The notes under the pieces: model-generated | What the model was told of the DNA's origin: nothing | The model's input: the letters and a program-made list of their open reading frames with translations, nothing else | Database searches by the model: none | Shown here: positions 20,886-23,067 of the stretch, one piece after another | How the letters are laid out: every line of letters starts with the position of its first letter | Position numbering within the stretch: the stretch's first letter is position 1 | From: Octopus sinensis | Taxonomy: Eukaryota | Length of the DNA: 23,067 nucleotides | Direction of reading: 5' to 3' | NCBI RefSeq assembly: GCF_006345805.1 | Contig: NW_021836652.1 | Span: forward strand, 1 to 23,067 | Translations under genes and position numbers: made by a program

Positions 20886-22274
20886 GAGAGAGAGAGAGAA
20901 TTACCGAGAAACCAAGTGTATTGGTAGTGATCCTTGCCAAATGGCAACTGAGATAAATACAATAAACTCTTTGGTGTTTTCGATGTTGATGCTGTTTTGT
21001 GACATCGGTGGCGATGGTGACTGCTACTGCTACTGGCCATAGCTGGACAACCAAGAATTTTCTGTTATCGGATCAGAACTACTAAATGACCACTGTATTT
21101 GTCTGTTCTTTATATCTTATCAGAGTGACAGTGATATCATTGATTTATTTAATGGGAGAAAGTTTAATAAACAGGTTTGTGGTCGATGCCATATCAACGA
21201 AACAAACGTCTGGTTGGAAGAAATTTCACGAGATTCGTCTGCCACAATATAAGAAATAAATAATAATAATAAAGGACGGTGGGAGAAATATATTGAGAGC
21301 CAAGAGTTATGAGTCATGATCAAAAAGTGATGAGTGAACCAAGAGTTTTGGTTTCAAATCCTGGCCAGATATCTCGTTATACAATCGTGACCATCTCTTT
21401 TCCTTCAGATTCATTTCACCTGTGATCCAATGATCTATGTTCCATCTGTGGCCATCTACTTGATCTTCTGTTACTTATTTCAGTCGATAGACTGTGGTCA
21501 TGCAGGAGCACCGCCAAAACTAGTTTTAGTCCAACAAATCGCCCTCTATTTTCTAAGCCTTGTACTTATTTGTCTCTCCTGCTCAACCGCTGTGTTACTA
21601 GGGACGTAAATAAACCAACATCAACGACAGGCTATAGATAGATAGATAGTAATGCTGGTGTCTGTTTTCACTCAACTCTGTCATCGGTGTTGGTTTGTTT
21701 ACATCCTCAGTAACACAGCGGTTCGGCAAGAGAGATAGATTATAATATATATACTCTCTCCCTCTCTTCCACCTTTACTCTCTCTCGTTGCTCACACATG
21801 ACCTTCGTCCATCTTTCCTTTCCTCACGTGATTATCTTTCTTTTCCTTCAGTCTGTCACACAGACCAGACATATTCTTATCTGTCTCCTCTCCTATCTTT
21901 TCTCTTATCAAAGGATCTTCTTCCAGCGTTTGCTACCCTACCTCATCTGAGCCTAACAGCCCTCCCTGTTTGTCTTTGTTTTGTTTGGTTTGTTGTATGT
22001 CCTGTTTTTGTTACCAACATTGACGCTCTGCAAATCCCAAATTTTATTTCGGTTCGCGGAAGCAACTGCCTTCAAAGTCTTATTTTATCGTTCATTGCAC
22101 GAAATAAGGAGTAGAAAGACAGACGACAACTGATGAAGGGTCGTTTTTTATGTTACTTGTCTTGCTTTCCATTTGTTTCTCTCCTTCTTTGCGTACCCAA
22201 CTTTATTTTCATATTTCATGTTGTTTATGTTTTATGACGTCCTGTATATATATATATATATTCTTATATATATA

Positions 22275-22310
<36 letters not shown>

Positions 22311-22312
<2 letters not shown>

Positions 22313-22557
22313 AGAGTAAACACATAAATGTGAAACAAGGTGGAAAAAAGAATACTCAAATACCAGGGGTAGAGTATATATGCTTTATTTAAAGCAGCGA
22401 AGATTCAACAAAACCTGTTACTCTGAGTTTCACGTTCCCGTTCGTCGGACAGTTTTTGCTAGAATAGCAAATTTTTTCTTGCAAAAACTGTCCGACGAAC
22501 GGGATCGTGAAACTCTGAGTAACAGGGTTTGTTGAAGTTTCTGCTGCTTTAAATAAA
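22311..22557 (-). mobile_element. Penelope-like pLTR foldback remnant (~80-bp arms, 22384-22465 / 22477-22557)
   Basis: Inverted repeat with a hammerhead-like core in each arm. The unique tail (reverse complement AATAAA..TACTCT..GTATTTGAGTA..CCTTGTT) resembles 13281-13330. Confidence 0.65.
22483..22530 (+). ncRNA. Putative minimal type I hammerhead ribozyme, CCGACGA core variant (mirror copy on - strand at 22411-22457)
   Basis: CTGT-CCGACGA-ACG GGAT CGT-GAAAC-TCTGA-GTA-ACAG: stem I CTGT/ACAG, stem II ACG/CGT, quasi-palindromic stem III. Confidence 0.55.
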
Positions 22558-22563
22558 TAGTAT

Positions 22564-22597
<34 letters not shown>

Positions 22598-23067
22598 CAT
22601 ATATATTATTTATATTATTATATGATCGAACGTCACGCATCTATTTCCGAGTAGGTTTTTGGTGTGTGTGTCTGTGTGTGTCTGTGTGTGTGTGTGTGTG
22701 TGATGTATGTATATAGGCTGTGCAGTAGGACTGAACCCGAAACCAAGTGGTTGTAGAGCGAGCTTCTTAACTGCACAACCATGCTTGTGTCTACAAAACT
22801 CTTTGTTTTTCTATTTTTATGTAAAGCTAGGCAACGGAGATTGTTTGCCATCCACCCTTTTGACTCATAAATCAATTGTATCCGTTTATCAAATTACTAA
22901 GAAAATCAGCAGAACAACACGAGATTTTACCGTTTATCATCTCCTTTTACTGCTTCCATTTTATTGCCAATCTTTACCAAACATAATTCTCTTTCCTTTT
23001 CCTTCATTTCCTTTATTATTGCCCTTATTCCCTTCATTGCTCTTTTACTTGTTTCAGTCATTTGACT

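Noticed and set aside
21124-21252. Possible plus-strand exon after ..CTTATCAG (SDSDIIDLFNGRKF..)
   Set aside because: Short, with no recognisable homology and no supporting exons.
22125-22160. GACAA-CTGATGA..TTGTC hammerhead-like half (also CTGATGA at 6368-6374)
   Set aside because: No GAAA/UH half in the right position, so it cannot form the core.

Overview
AT-rich, repeat-dense eukaryotic genomic DNA. The SINE repertoire resembles an octopus/coleoid cephalopod genome (inference from remembered repeat families, not a search). One credible protein-coding exon is present: 14207..13484 (- strand), ending at CAAG|GTAAGG. Its C-terminal part resembles the N-terminal DUF4682 region of TBC1D30. 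No next coding exon was confidently found, so most of the window is probably intron or upstream sequence. The rest is a mobile-element mosaic: four SINE-type families, two GG-terminal MITE families with 8-bp TSDs (Merlin-like), non-autonomous Helitrons plus a decayed Helitron helicase C-terminus, a CR1-type LINE 3' fragment, Penelope-like foldback remnants and long microsatellites. The main observations are: (i) hammerhead-ribozyme motifs in foldback elements (13221-13271, 22411-22530, 4955-4994); (ii) a ~90-bp SINE tail module that repeatedly joins at the GGTATTTC site of another SINE, once with an 84-bp duplication; (iii) a MITE with a 49-bp flanking duplication instead of 8 bp; (iv) an inverted MITE pair bracketing the coding exon. 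Repeat boundaries are approximate unless a TSD or terminus is given.
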